Notes under the pieces: model-generated
What the model saw: the letters and a program-made list of their open reading frames with translations, nothing else
What the model was told of the DNA's origin: nothing
Databases searched by the model: none
Shown here: piece by piece, positions 48,387 to 60,035 of the stretch
How positions within the stretch are numbered: the stretch's first letter is position 1
Layout: the number at the start of each line of letters is the position of its first letter
From: Candidatus Omnitrophota bacterium
GTDB taxonomy: Bacteria; Omnitrophota; Gorgyraeia; Duberdicusellales; 4484-171
Direction: 5' to 3'
NCBI GenBank assembly: GCA_043815185.1
Contig: JBDRJF010000024.1
Coordinates: 128,533 to 192,532 of the forward strand
Length of the DNA stretch: 64,000 nt
Translations under genes and position numbers: made by a program

Positions 48387-48859
48387 TATTCCTGGCTCCT
48401 TTCTTCTGGTCTTTGGGGAGCAACAAAGCAACTCTCGACTTTTTTATTGGTAAAATAAAAAATAAGTATGCCAGGATAAATTATTTGCAAGATAGCCTGG
48501 TTAATCGATAAAGAATTAAATAAGGCTGTGACTCCGGTTAGAATAACCGTAAAAAAAGAAAAGTAAAGGGTAAGCCGCCGGCCCCACTCTTTTCTTAAAA
48601 GGATTCCTAACCCGGACAGTAAGAAGATTGTGGCGATAATTGCTTGTGATAGGATAATCACTTTAAATTGTGGGGTAGTTAAGGGGCCGCCGGAAATAAT
48701 CTTATTGAACTCACCGCGGAGAGCCTGGCTGGCTGAAGAACCCGGATTAAAGTAAACCGGTAAGAAGATGCCCAAAGAAAGCAAACCAAGGACGAAAAAA
48801 TTGAATCCTCCCAAAATTAAACTTCCCCAGGGCTGTTTTTTTCTTTTCTTCCTATCCAT
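48386..48859 (-). CDS. Hypothetical membrane protein (4 TM)
   Basis: 157 aa, hydrophobic, with no family I recognise. Confidence 0.4.
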   Translation of the reverse strand: MDRKKRKKQPWGSLILGGFNFFVLGLLSLGIFLPVYFNPGSSASQALRGEFNKIISGGPLTTPQFKVIILSQAIIATIFLLSGLGILLRKEWGRRLTLYFSFFTVILTGVTALFNSLSINQAILQIIYPGILIFYFTNKKVESCFVAPQRPEERSQE

Positions 48860-48871
48860 ATAAATAAAAAG

Positions 48872-49020
48872 CGACCCCAGCCGGATTTGTATGCCCTCTC
48901 CGACGAAGTCGGAGCCGGTTGAGGCTAAGCCTCAACCGCATATGCATACAAAATAAGACATTGGCTTTTGTCGCTACCCCTGAGTTTTAGCTGGATACTG
49001 AGCTTTAGCATTAAATAATA
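48872..49020 (-). repeat. tRNA-trailing structured module D4 (ends in a copy of the tRNA-Glu 3' end)
   Basis: The minus strand reads tgtatgc..cggttgaggcttagcctcaaccg..ctccgac-ttc-gtcggag..gcataca followed by caaatccggctggggtcg (18 nt identical to the tRNA). Confidence 0.72.
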
Positions 49021-49095
49021 CGACCCCAGCCGGATTTGAACCGGCGCCGTCGCCGTGAAAGGGCGATGTCCTGAACCGGGCTAGACGATGGGGTC
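49021..49095 (-). tRNA. tRNA-Glu (anticodon TTC), no encoded CCA
   Basis: Reverse complement folds as gacccca tc gtct agcccggttca ggac a tcgcc ctTTCac ggcga cggc gccgg ttcaaat ccggc tggggtc g. Confidence 0.9.
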
Positions 49096-49115
49096 GAAAG
49101 TGTTTCTTATTTTAG

Positions 49116-49123
49116 ATTATACA
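49116..49123 (-). promoter_or_regulatory. Extended -10 element (TGTATAAT) 20 nt upstream of tRNA-Glu
   Basis: The minus strand reads tgtataat ctaaaataagaaacactttc followed by the tRNA 5' end. Confidence 0.4.
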
Positions 49124-49151
49124 GTTAATTTGTCAACCAAACTTTCTTTTT

Positions 49152-51596
49152 TTAGTCTTCGGGGATGCTGCGGGCGATAGTAGAAAGTTTGTCGGCTTTC
49201 TCTAGGTTTATTACCTTCACCCCTTGGGTGGAGCGGCCGGAAACTCGGATGTCCTGAACTTTGGTCCGGATAAGGATTCCCTTTTGTGTAATACAGATTA
49301 CTTCATCGTCAGGCCTAACCAGAACTAACGCCCTAACCCGTCCTATTTTAGAAGAGAGCTTTATATTAATTACTCCCTTACCCCCTCGGGATTGTAAACG
49401 ATACTCTTGAATCGGGGTTCTTTTGGCAAAACCGTTTTCGGTAGCTGTAAGAAGGTAGAAATCTTCTTTTTTCAAGGATCTTTTAATTAAAACCATTCCT
49501 AAGGTGATATCTTTCTTGGCTAACCTCACTCCCCGGACACCCTGGGATTGTCGTCCGGTCGGTCTTATATCACTGCTCTTAAATTTTATCGCAAGGCCTT
49601 CTTGAGTTGCTAAAATCACCTCTTCTTCTCCGTCGCAGACTCCGGCCCCAACCAGATTATCGTCTTTCCCGAGAGTTATGGCAAATATTCCGCTTTTACG
49701 TATATTGGAAAATAGCCCCAAAGAAGTCCGCTTGACCATACCCTTCTGAGTCGCCATAAAGATAAACTTCTCAGAGTCAAAATTTTGGACTGCTAAAACT
49801 GTGGTGATTTTTTCCTTCCCGGAAAGACTTAAGAGATTAACCATTGCTCTCCCCTTAGAGATTCGTGAGCCAGTAGGAACCTCATAGGTCTTGAGAGGAT
49901 AAATCTTGCCTTGATTGGTAAAAAACAAAAGAGTCTCTTTGCTGGAAGCAACAAAAAGATGCTCAACAAAATCAGCATCAGCAGTAGCCATAGCAGCAAC
50001 TCCCCGGCCTCCCCTTTTTTGTTGTCGATAAGTAGTCAGGGGCATTCGCTTGACGTAGCCGGAACCGGTTATACTGATAACCATGTCCTCCTCTACAATT
50101 AAATCCTCAATCTCTATCTCTTCTTTCTGGGCTACAATCTCAGTGCGCCGCGGGTCAGCAAACTTTTCCCGTATCTCTTGTAACTCCTCTTTAATTAAAA
50201 CCTCCTGTCGCTTCTGGGAAGACAGTATCGACTTTAAGTATTCTATTCTCTTCAACAGCTCTAAATACTCTTGCTCTATCTTTTCCCGCTCCAGGGCACA
50301 TAGCCTCTGCAATTGCATCTCTAAGATTGCCTGAGCCTGAATCTCGGTAAGCTTAAATTTCTTCATCAGCGCTAGCTTAGCATCCTGAGGGTTTTTAGAC
50401 TTTTTAATTGTCTCAACCACCTTATCTAGAAACTTCAGGGCAATCTTTAGCCCTTCTAAAATGTGGGCCCTTCGTTCGGCCTTATCCAGCTCAAACCGGG
50501 TTCTTCGGACAATTACCTCTTTGCGAAAATTAATATGGTGGAAAAGCATCTCCTTTAAACCGAGAATTTGGGGTTTGCGATTTACCAGGCACAAAAAGAT
50601 AGCCCCAAAAGTTGTCTCCATACTAGTATGCTTATAGAGCCGATTTAGAACTATCTCGGCTTGGGTATCGCGCTTAAGCTCGATTACGATCCTTATCCCT
50701 TCTTTGCCTGACTCATCACGAAGATCAGATATCCCCTCTACTCTTTTGCTGGTAATAAGCTGGGCTATCTGCTCCATTAAGGTAGTCTTATTAAGCTGAT
50801 AAGGAATCTCGGTAATCACAATCTGATCCTTGTTCCTTTCCCGTTCAACAGTTGCTTTAGCTCTAACCGTGAGCTTACCCCGGCCTTCCTTGTACATGTC
50901 AAGAATACCACTTCGCCCACAGATTGCACCGCCGGTAGGAAAGTCTGGCCCCCGAACATACTTATGAAGATCTTTTACCGAAGCTTTGGGTTGATCGATT
51001 AAATAGATTAAAGCATCGCAAATTTCCCCCAAGTTGTGTGGTGGTATATTAGTAGCCATACCAACAGCAATCCCGCTTGCGCCGTTAAGCAGCATGTTGG
51101 GTAATACCGAAGGAAGAACCTCTGGTTCAGTGAGAGAGTTATCAAAATTAGGGAAAAATTTAACTGTATCCTTGTCAATGTCTTGTAAGATATAGTCGGT
51201 TATCCGAAACATCCGAGCCTCGGAATAACGCATAGCAGCCGGTGGGTCTCCATCAATAGAACCAAAATTACCTTGGCCATTTATTAAAGGATAGCGCAAA
51301 GAAAAATCCTGAGCCATTCTCACTAAAGCATCGTATACGGCTATATCCCCGTGGGGGTGGTATTTACCTAAAGTCTCACCTACGATTCGAGCACACTTCT
51401 TGTGGGCCTGATTGTAGCGCAGGTGTAACTCATGCATAGCGTAAAGGATCCTTCGCTGTACCGGTTTCAAACCGTCTCTGATGTCCGGAAGAGCCCTGCC
51501 GACAATTACACTCATAGCGTAAGAGAGGTAGGATTCTTTCATCTCCTCTTCTAAATATTTACTGATGATTTTTTCTTTAAAACCTTCGGCCATCAT
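49152..51596 (-). CDS. gyrA: DNA gyrase subunit A
   Basis: 814 aa with [16 protein letters not shown], the active-site region [10 protein letters not shown] and C-terminal beta-pinwheel repeats. Confidence 0.97.
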   Translation of the reverse strand: MMAEGFKEKIISKYLEEEMKESYLSYAMSVIVGRALPDIRDGLKPVQRRILYAMHELHLRYNQAHKKCARIVGETLGKYHPHGDIAVYDALVRMAQDFSLRYPLINGQGNFGSIDGDPPAAMRYSEARMFRITDYILQDIDKDTVKFFPNFDNSLTEPEVLPSVLPNMLLNGASGIAVGMATNIPPHNLGEICDALIYLIDQPKASVKDLHKYVRGPDFPTGGAICGRSGILDMYKEGRGKLTVRAKATVERERNKDQIVITEIPYQLNKTTLMEQIAQLITSKRVEGISDLRDESGKEGIRIVIELKRDTQAEIVLNRLYKHTSMETTFGAIFLCLVNRKPQILGLKEMLFHHINFRKEVIVRRTRFELDKAERRAHILEGLKIALKFLDKVVETIKKSKNPQDAKLALMKKFKLTEIQAQAILEMQLQRLCALEREKIEQEYLELLKRIEYLKSILSSQKRQEVLIKEELQEIREKFADPRRTEIVAQKEEIEIEDLIVEEDMVISITGSGYVKRMPLTTYRQQKRGGRGVAAMATADADFVEHLFVASSKETLLFFTNQGKIYPLKTYEVPTGSRISKGRAMVNLLSLSGKEKITTVLAVQNFDSEKFIFMATQKGMVKRTSLGLFSNIRKSGIFAITLGKDDNLVGAGVCDGEEEVILATQEGLAIKFKSSDIRPTGRQSQGVRGVRLAKKDITLGMVLIKRSLKKEDFYLLTATENGFAKRTPIQEYRLQSRGGKGVINIKLSSKIGRVRALVLVRPDDEVICITQKGILIRTKVQDIRVSGRSTQGVKVINLEKADKLSTIARSIPED

Positions 51597-51614
51597 CTGT
51601 TGTTTAATACCCCC

Positions 51615-54244
<2,630 letters not shown>

Positions 54245-54250
54245 AAAGAA

Positions 54251-55348
54251 TTATGGTTTCATGGGAAGGATTAAGTAAATATATCTTTCTTTTCTTAACA
54301 CCGCAGGTTTATCAGCCCCAAAAAAATCAATACAAACCTCTTCGTCTTCAAGGTTTTTTAAGGCATCGATTAAATAGTTCGGGTTAAACCCAATTTCTAG
54401 ATGCCCGCCGCTATAGGTGGCAGCCACTACTTCTTTCACTTCACCTAATTGAGGGGTGTTTTTGTAAATAGTTAGGTTGTCTTTTTTCAGCTCTAATTTC
54501 ACCCCTTGATAATCGCTGGTTGAGAGTAGATTCGCCCTTTTAAAGGCAAAAAGCAGCTTTTCCCGATCAACTCTTAATTTATCTTTTCCTTCTTTAGGGA
54601 TATATTGAGAGTAGTTAGGGAACTCCCCCTCTATTGGCCGGGCAATAAAATAAGTGTTTTTAAAATCAAAACTAACCCGGTTCTCCTCCACGGATAAATA
54701 CACTTCCTCTTTGGTTTCTTTTATTAGTTTATGTAGCTCACTTACTGCTTTCGCAGGAAGAATAAAGCATATTTTCGAGGTTAGTTCGGGTTGTTTGGGG
54801 GGTAGTTTCCGCCAAACAAAAGATAACCTCTTCCCGTCAGTGGAAATTAATTTTATTTTATTCTCCTCTATCTCAAAAAGGATACCCCCTAAAACATAAT
54901 TACTATCCTCGTGGCCCACACAAAAAGCAGTCAACTTAATCATCTCCCCTAATTCTTGAGGGTCTAATTTGATAAGAGATACACCTCCCTTCTCCTGAAT
55001 CTGGGGGAATTCTTCGGGGTTTAAAACCCCTAGTTTAAACTCAATATTTTCACACTTTACTAAAAGGTTGTTTTTGGTTTTTTCGATGGTAATTTCTTGG
55101 GGGGGTAGTTCGCGAATAATTGAAAGAATTTTTTTCATTGGGATAGCTATCTGCCCGGTTTCTAATACCTTATTGGGTTGCAGAGATATTATAGATACAT
55201 CTAAATCTGTAGTGGTGAACTTTAAGTTATCTTTTGTAGCAGTTATTAAAACACTGCTTAATAAAGGAAAGTTCTGTTTGGTTGTAGAAGGGCCTAATAC
55301 TTTTAATAGGTTTTCTACTAATATATCTTTATTAATAATAAATAACAT
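54251..55348 (-). CDS. dnaN: DNA polymerase III beta sliding clamp
   Basis: 365 aa with three-domain clamp length, C-terminus ..YLILPMKP, adjacent to dnaA. Confidence 0.9.
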   Translation of the reverse strand: MLFIINKDILVENLLKVLGPSTTKQNFPLLSSVLITATKDNLKFTTTDLDVSIISLQPNKVLETGQIAIPMKKILSIIRELPPQEITIEKTKNNLLVKCENIEFKLGVLNPEEFPQIQEKGGVSLIKLDPQELGEMIKLTAFCVGHEDSNYVLGGILFEIEENKIKLISTDGKRLSFVWRKLPPKQPELTSKICFILPAKAVSELHKLIKETKEEVYLSVEENRVSFDFKNTYFIARPIEGEFPNYSQYIPKEGKDKLRVDREKLLFAFKRANLLSTSDYQGVKLELKKDNLTIYKNTPQLGEVKEVVAATYSGGHLEIGFNPNYLIDALKNLEDEEVCIDFFGADKPAVLRKERYIYLILPMKP

Positions 55349-55442
55349 AGTAGTATTAGTAGTAAGCGTTGTGAGTTTTGTTAAGAAGTGAATATTCTAC
55401 CAGAACCAAAGCTAAAAATAAATGTTTTATTCACAAACCTCT
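55349..55442. promoter_or_regulatory. dnaA-dnaN spacer with DnaA-box-like 9-mers
   Basis: TTATTCACA at 55427-55435, plus weaker inverted matches agtgaatat (55387-55395) and tgtgagttt. Confidence 0.4.
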
Positions 55443-56777
55443 TTACAAACTCTTGATTTCTTGTGTAAGGCTGTCAATAGTGAGTTTTATTTTTTTATTC
55501 TTTTCACACTCTCTCTTTATTTTTTTACAAGAATAAAGAATTGTGGTGTGGTGTTTAGCCCCAAAAAAACTCCCAATTTCCGGCAGGGACAGCTCAGTTA
55601 ACTCTCGCACTAAGTACATCCCAACTTGCCGGGGGAGCACTAAAGTTTTGTTTCGCTTCTTGTTTTTCAGGTCTTCCCTACTCACCCCGAAATAATTCCC
55701 TACTTTAAGCAAAATAGTGTCAGGGGTCACCCGCTTGTAGATTTCCTTAACCATATCTTTTAAAATTTCTTTAGCCAGCTCCAAACTTATTGGTTTATTT
55801 TCAATTAAAGAGTAAGCGATAATTCTTACTAAAGCCCCCTCCAGTTCCCGTATATTAGTGGTGATATTTTCGGCAATAAAATGAATGACATCCGAGTCGA
55901 TTTTTATTGGGTCTTTCTCTAATTTTTTCTGCAAAATAGCCACCCGGGTTTCAAAGTCAGGTAGTTGGATATCCACTACCAACCCCCAATTAAACCGGGA
56001 GATTAATCTTTCTTCCAATTTACTAATCTCTTTTGGTGGTTTATCAGACGAAACAATGATTTGCTTGTGGTGGTCATACAAGACATTAAAGGTGTGGAAA
56101 AACTCTTCCTGGGCAGCTTCTTTCCCAGCCAGAAACTGTATATCATCAATCAAAATAACGTCAATATCCCTATATTTTTGACGGAATTTTTCAGTTGAAC
56201 GGTTACGGATAGAAAAAATAAGTTCATTGGTGAATTTTTCTGAAGAAATATATTTTGCTTTTAGCGACGGCCCTCTGGCGAGAATCTGATGGGCAATTGC
56301 CTGCATAAGATGTGTTTTTCCTAACCCTACTCCCCCATAAATAAACAGGGGGTTATATGCTTTACCCGGGGCATTGGTTACAGCCAGAGAAGCAGCGTGA
56401 GCCATCCGGTTTGAGGCCCCCATAATAAAATTATCAAAAGTAAAGCGCGGGTTTAGGCGCAGAGAATCTTGAGGTTCCTCGCGGAAACTCTGCTGGATTG
56501 TCTTAAAAATTTTAGTAGTCTTTTTTTTAAGCAGGTTGGGATTTACATCAAAGATCACTTCAAAATCCTTTTGAGCTAGCTCGCTTAAAACCTGTTTTAT
56601 TTGAGGAAGATAGCGGCTTTCCACCCAGTTTTTAAAAAAATTATCCGGGGCTTCCAGAGTTAAAGAGGTTTGGTCGATTATTTTTAAGTTAAGCGGTGCA
56701 ATCCAGGTGTCGAACGAGGTTTCACCCAGAATACTCTTGAGTTTCTCTTTACAGGTTTGCCAAATTTGTTCCGTCAT
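55443..56777 (-). CDS. dnaA: Chromosomal replication initiator protein DnaA
   Basis: 444 aa with Walker A GGVGLGKTHL, the sensor region, and domain IV ending GAKHHTTILYSCKKI. Confidence 0.97.
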   Translation of the reverse strand: MTEQIWQTCKEKLKSILGETSFDTWIAPLNLKIIDQTSLTLEAPDNFFKNWVESRYLPQIKQVLSELAQKDFEVIFDVNPNLLKKKTTKIFKTIQQSFREEPQDSLRLNPRFTFDNFIMGASNRMAHAASLAVTNAPGKAYNPLFIYGGVGLGKTHLMQAIAHQILARGPSLKAKYISSEKFTNELIFSIRNRSTEKFRQKYRDIDVILIDDIQFLAGKEAAQEEFFHTFNVLYDHHKQIIVSSDKPPKEISKLEERLISRFNWGLVVDIQLPDFETRVAILQKKLEKDPIKIDSDVIHFIAENITTNIRELEGALVRIIAYSLIENKPISLELAKEILKDMVKEIYKRVTPDTILLKVGNYFGVSREDLKNKKRNKTLVLPRQVGMYLVRELTELSLPEIGSFFGAKHHTTILYSCKKIKRECEKNKKIKLTIDSLTQEIKSL

Positions 56778-56785
56778 TTTAGTGA

Positions 56786-56814
56786 AGATTCACAAAATTC
56801 ACAACTTATTCACA
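56786..56814. promoter_or_regulatory. Three direct DnaA-box-like 9-mers in the dnaA/rpmH divergent spacer
   Basis: agATTCACA (56786-56794), aaATTCACA (56795-56803) and TTATTCACA (56806-56814), compared with the TTATCCACA consensus. Confidence 0.55.
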
Positions 56815-56875
56815 CCCAACAAGCGAGGCGGAAATAATTATACCGCAATAAATTTTCTTTGCAACATTTTTATGG

Positions 56876-56903
56876 TTGACACAAGGAAAAGATATGTTAA
56901 AAT
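56876..56903 (+). promoter_or_regulatory. rpmH promoter (TTGACA, 16 nt spacer, TGtTAAAAT)
   Basis: ttgaca caaggaaaagatatgt taaaat. The -10 element ends 7 nt before the rpmH ATG. Confidence 0.55.
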
Positions 56904-56910
56904 TTCATCT

Positions 56911-57048
56911 ATGAAAAAGAATATCAAAACACCCACCAAACTAAAAGGGAAAAAAAAGAAAGGATTCCGGGCCCGGATGGCAAGTGCTGGCGGCAAGAAA
57001 GTCATAAAGCGCAGAAGGAAAAAAGGCCGGAAAAAGCTCAGTTTATGA
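56911..57048 (+). CDS. rpmH: 50S ribosomal protein L34
   Basis: 45 aa reading MKKNIKTPTKLKGKKKKGFRARMASAGGKKVIKRRRKKGRKKLSL, the inner ATG of ORF 56707..57048. Confidence 0.9.
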   Translation: MKKNIKTPTKLKGKKKKGFRARMASAGGKKVIKRRRKKGRKKLSL

Positions 57049-57251
57049 GAAAGGTAGTGCTCTTTTTTTTAAGGCTTTATCGTTCAGTGTCCGGGGTATT
57101 TCCCGGCCGTTGTATCTACTTTCCTACCTGTTCCCAATATTCTCAACAAGCTTTTTTACACTACCCTTTTTTTAAAGCTTTGAAACTTAGCTTAATTCGC
57201 CTCCTCCGCTGCAACCCTTTTGCCAAGGGGGGGATTGACCTTTTAAAATAA
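57045..57251 (+). CDS. yidD: Membrane protein insertion efficiency factor YidD
   Basis: 68 aa with CIYFPTCSQYSQQA..RCNPFAKGGIDLL. Its ATG overlaps the rpmH stop (ATGA). Confidence 0.85.
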   Translation: MRKVVLFFLRLYRSVSGVFPGRCIYFPTCSQYSQQAFLHYPFFKALKLSLIRLLRCNPFAKGGIDLLK

Positions 57252-58705
57252 TGATGGAAAAGCGGTTTTTCTTAGCTTTTGTTGTAACTTTAGTTTTTTT
57301 TGTAATCTATTCCCAGCTGGTTGCACGATTCATGCCGCAACCAGTTCCTCTACAAGGAGATAGAAAAGAATATTCCCGGGAAGACCAAGGCTCGCTACAG
57401 CCTGGACAAATTTCTTCCCAGCCTTCCCCTTTAATCATAGAAGAACCAGCTGAATCGATTGATTTCCCTCAAGCAGTCATAGGTAATTTTGTTATAACAT
57501 ACTCTCCTTTAGGTGGTTACATAAAAAGTATCGCTATCGGTGATCAAGCCAGTGAACTTCCTTTTCAGAATATTGGTTTTTTGCCTCAAGACCAGGGTAA
57601 ACAATTCACTGCCAATATCAGCGATAAAGGAATTGAATTTATTGGGCCGGGTGACCAGCGCAAAGCATTTGTCTTTGAGGGCTATAGCTTAGGAATAACT
57701 CTTAATCCTCCACCAGTTGAACCGCTAGTTCTGTTCTCGAACTCTTTACACCCCAATATGTTAGACCAAAGATATCAGGAAATTTTTTATTCTCGGGGGC
57801 AAGTCATAAAAAGAAGCTCAGCACAAAAAATGAAAGATAATACTTATAGCAGTGTTGAATTCGCCGGAGCCCGGGATCGCTATTATTGTTTTTCATTACT
57901 CAAAGGGAACTATAAATTCAAGTGGTTAAAAGACAAGGAAAAAGGGCACTTGTATCTCTTTTCTCCGCCGGAGCAAATTTTAGTTTATGTTGGGCCTCAA
58001 CTTAACAAAGAGCTAAAACCATTTGGGCTAGAGGGGGTTATCTACTATGGTTTCTTCCATGCCATTGGTGTGGGGATGATAAAACTTCTCTACTTTTTTT
58101 ACTTTCTGACCAAAAATTGGGGTTTAAGCATTGTTTTCTTCTCCGTCTCAGTTTCTTTGCTCCTCTTCCCCTTTACATCTAAGAGTACTGTAGCTATGCG
58201 GAAAATGCAGCAGATTCAGCCGGAAGTCGAAGCCATAAAAGCCAAGTACAAGGATAATCCTCAGAAGTTACAAAAAGAAACCATTGAATTATATCGAAAA
58301 TACAAGATAAATCCTTTGGGCGGGTGTTTGCCGTTGTTATTTCAGCTTCCGGTAATTATGGCTTTTTACCAGATTATTTTTCGTTTTGTAGAGTTAAGAG
58401 GCGCTCATTTCTTATGGATTAAAGATCTTTCTCAGCCGGATCGCTTTTGCAAACTCCCCTTCCCTGGCCCCTTAGGTTACTTGAATCTCCTCCCGATTTT
58501 TTTAGTGGCTATAGGGCTTGTGCAGCAAAAAATTACTACCTCCTCCTCCGCTGCTCCGTCGCAACAGAAATCAATGGGGCTGTTTTTTACAGTATTTATC
58601 GGAGTTATTTTTTACACCTTCCCTTCAGCCCTAACCCTGTATTGGCTTATCCAGAATTTATTTACCTTGTCTCATCAAGCCCATCTAGCCCGAAACAAGA
58701 CCTAA
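57251..58705 (+). CDS. yidC: Membrane protein insertase YidC
   Basis: 484 aa with an N-terminal TM helix, a periplasmic domain and the conserved core MRKMQQIQPEVEAIKAKYKDNPQKLQKETIELYRKYKINPLGGCLP. Confidence 0.92.
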   Translation: MMEKRFFLAFVVTLVFFVIYSQLVARFMPQPVPLQGDRKEYSREDQGSLQPGQISSQPSPLIIEEPAESIDFPQAVIGNFVITYSPLGGYIKSIAIGDQASELPFQNIGFLPQDQGKQFTANISDKGIEFIGPGDQRKAFVFEGYSLGITLNPPPVEPLVLFSNSLHPNMLDQRYQEIFYSRGQVIKRSSAQKMKDNTYSSVEFAGARDRYYCFSLLKGNYKFKWLKDKEKGHLYLFSPPEQILVYVGPQLNKELKPFGLEGVIYYGFFHAIGVGMIKLLYFFYFLTKNWGLSIVFFSVSVSLLLFPFTSKSTVAMRKMQQIQPEVEAIKAKYKDNPQKLQKETIELYRKYKINPLGGCLPLLFQLPVIMAFYQIIFRFVELRGAHFLWIKDLSQPDRFCKLPFPGPLGYLNLLPIFLVAIGLVQQKITTSSSAAPSQQKSMGLFFTVFIGVIFYTFPSALTLYWLIQNLFTLSHQAHLARNKT

Positions 58706-58711
58706 ATACAG

Positions 58712-59184
58712 GTTTCCACGTGAAAACGGACAGGTTTCCACGTGAAAACGGACAGATTTTCACGTGAAAACGGAGAGGTTTCCACGTGAAAACACTTAAG
58801 TGGAAACATTCACTATAGCAACACAAAGAGTCCACAAGTCCAATTCTCAAAACGCAAAACAAGCCAGGCTTAACTAACCAAAATTAGGTAATTTTTTTGG
58901 TTATTTTCACGTGAAAACACAAAGAACTTGACAATCGCTCTTTTTTTTATTACAATTAGGTAAAGCTTCAGCCTTTGGCGCATAAACTAGTAGAATATTG
59001 CGAATCTAGTTGCTGGAGTAAATCACTAGCTGATATTAAAACAGGTGTGGAAACATTAATTTTGTCAATTGCTCTGAGGGTAAAGCGGTTTTCACGTGTC
59101 TCTCCCCTGAGAATAAAAGTACTGGGGAGATCCATGTGGAAACCTCTATCATTCCATAAGAGCACGAGGTTTTCACGTGAAAAC
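58712..59184. promoter_or_regulatory. Array of six 16-bp parS-like palindromes plus four half sites
   Basis: RTTTYCACGTGAAAAC occurs at 58712, 58734, 58756, 58778 (exact 22-bp spacing), 58903 and 59169; the last is the perfect palindrome GTTTTCACGTGAAAAC. Half sites lie at 58800, 59047, 59088 and 59136. Confidence 0.6.
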
Positions 59185-59206
59185 GCAAGAGCATTAATAA
59201 ACTAAA

Positions 59207-60019
59207 ATGGGCAAAATAATCGGCATTTGTAATCAAAAAGGTGGTACTGGCAAGACGACCACAGCGATTAATTTAAGCTCGTTTTTAGGCCTGGGGAATA
59301 AAAAAACTTTACTTATTGACATGGATCCTCAAGGTAATGCTACTTCCGGAGTAGGATTTGACAGCCAAGGAAAAAACTCTATTTACGATGTAATTATGGA
59401 CAAAGCTCTTTTGTCCGAAAGCATTTATCCTACTAAATGGCCGCAATTACAGCTTATCCCTTCAGACATTTCCCTTACCGGCGGAGAAGTTGAATTAGTC
59501 AATACCGAGAATAGAGAATTGCGGTTAAGTCAAAGGTTGGAGGAGATCAAGAATGATTTTTCCTACATTATTATTGATGCGCCGCCTTCTTTAGGCCTGC
59601 TTACGGTAAATGTCTTAGCCGCTTCGGATAGTTTGGTTATTCCGGTACAATGCGAATACTATGCTTTAGAGGGAGTTTCCAAATTAATCAATACTGTAGA
59701 GCTAATTCGTGAAAGATTAAATCCTTCATTAGAGATTGAAGGGGTTCTTCTCACCATGGCTGATTTTCGTACCCGGCTTACTTTGCAGGTGATAGAGGAG
59801 GTGCGAAGGTTTTTTCAGCAAAAAACACTTGATGTTATTGTACCTCGGAATATAAAACTTGCTGAGGCTCCTAGTTTTGGTAAGCCGATCTTTTTTTACG
59901 ATCCGGCTTGCGTGGGTGCTAAAGCCTACTTAAATTTAGCTCAAAAAATATTAAAGGAGAATATAGAACTTAACCAATTAGCAAGTCCGGTTGACAGAGC
60001 ACCTTCTCTCACCGGATAA
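59207..60019 (+). CDS. parA: Chromosome partitioning ATPase ParA/Soj
   Basis: 270 aa with the deviant Walker A NQKGGTGKTT. Confidence 0.92.
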   Translation: MGKIIGICNQKGGTGKTTTAINLSSFLGLGNKKTLLIDMDPQGNATSGVGFDSQGKNSIYDVIMDKALLSESIYPTKWPQLQLIPSDISLTGGEVELVNTENRELRLSQRLEEIKNDFSYIIIDAPPSLGLLTVNVLAASDSLVIPVQCEYYALEGVSKLINTVELIRERLNPSLEIEGVLLTMADFRTRLTLQVIEEVRRFFQQKTLDVIVPRNIKLAEAPSFGKPIFFYDPACVGAKAYLNLAQKILKENIELNQLASPVDRAPSLTG

Positions 60020-60035
60020 AGATAAGGAGTTAACA

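Noticed and set aside
48387-48431. N-terminal extensions given in the ORF track: glmS to 48431, dnaG to 3689, PAC2 to 15470, pabB to 38800, parB from 59991, yicC from 61423, ntpK to 25594.
   Set aside because: Conserved N-termini (for example MCGIFGY for glmS), Shine-Dalgarno positions, or ATGA/TAATG coupling overlaps support the internal starts used in the feature table.
48387-48460. A glmS ribozyme upstream of glmS.
   Set aside because: The glmS start overlaps the stop of the preceding membrane-protein gene, so there is no non-coding space for a ribozyme.
58712-58800. The 22-bp periodic repeat considered as a CRISPR array.
   Set aside because: The repeats are 16-bp palindromes separated by a constant 6-bp spacer (ggacag-like). 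There are no unique spacers and no cas genes. This fits protein-binding iterons or parS sites, not CRISPR.
58447-59236. Five small ORFs (58447..58767, 58662..58862, 58968..59165, 58975..59205, 59036..59236) between yidC and parA.
   Set aside because: They overlap each other on both strands and are built from the CACGTG palindrome array. The repeated FHVKT/SRENG peptide strings are translation of the repeats, not genes.
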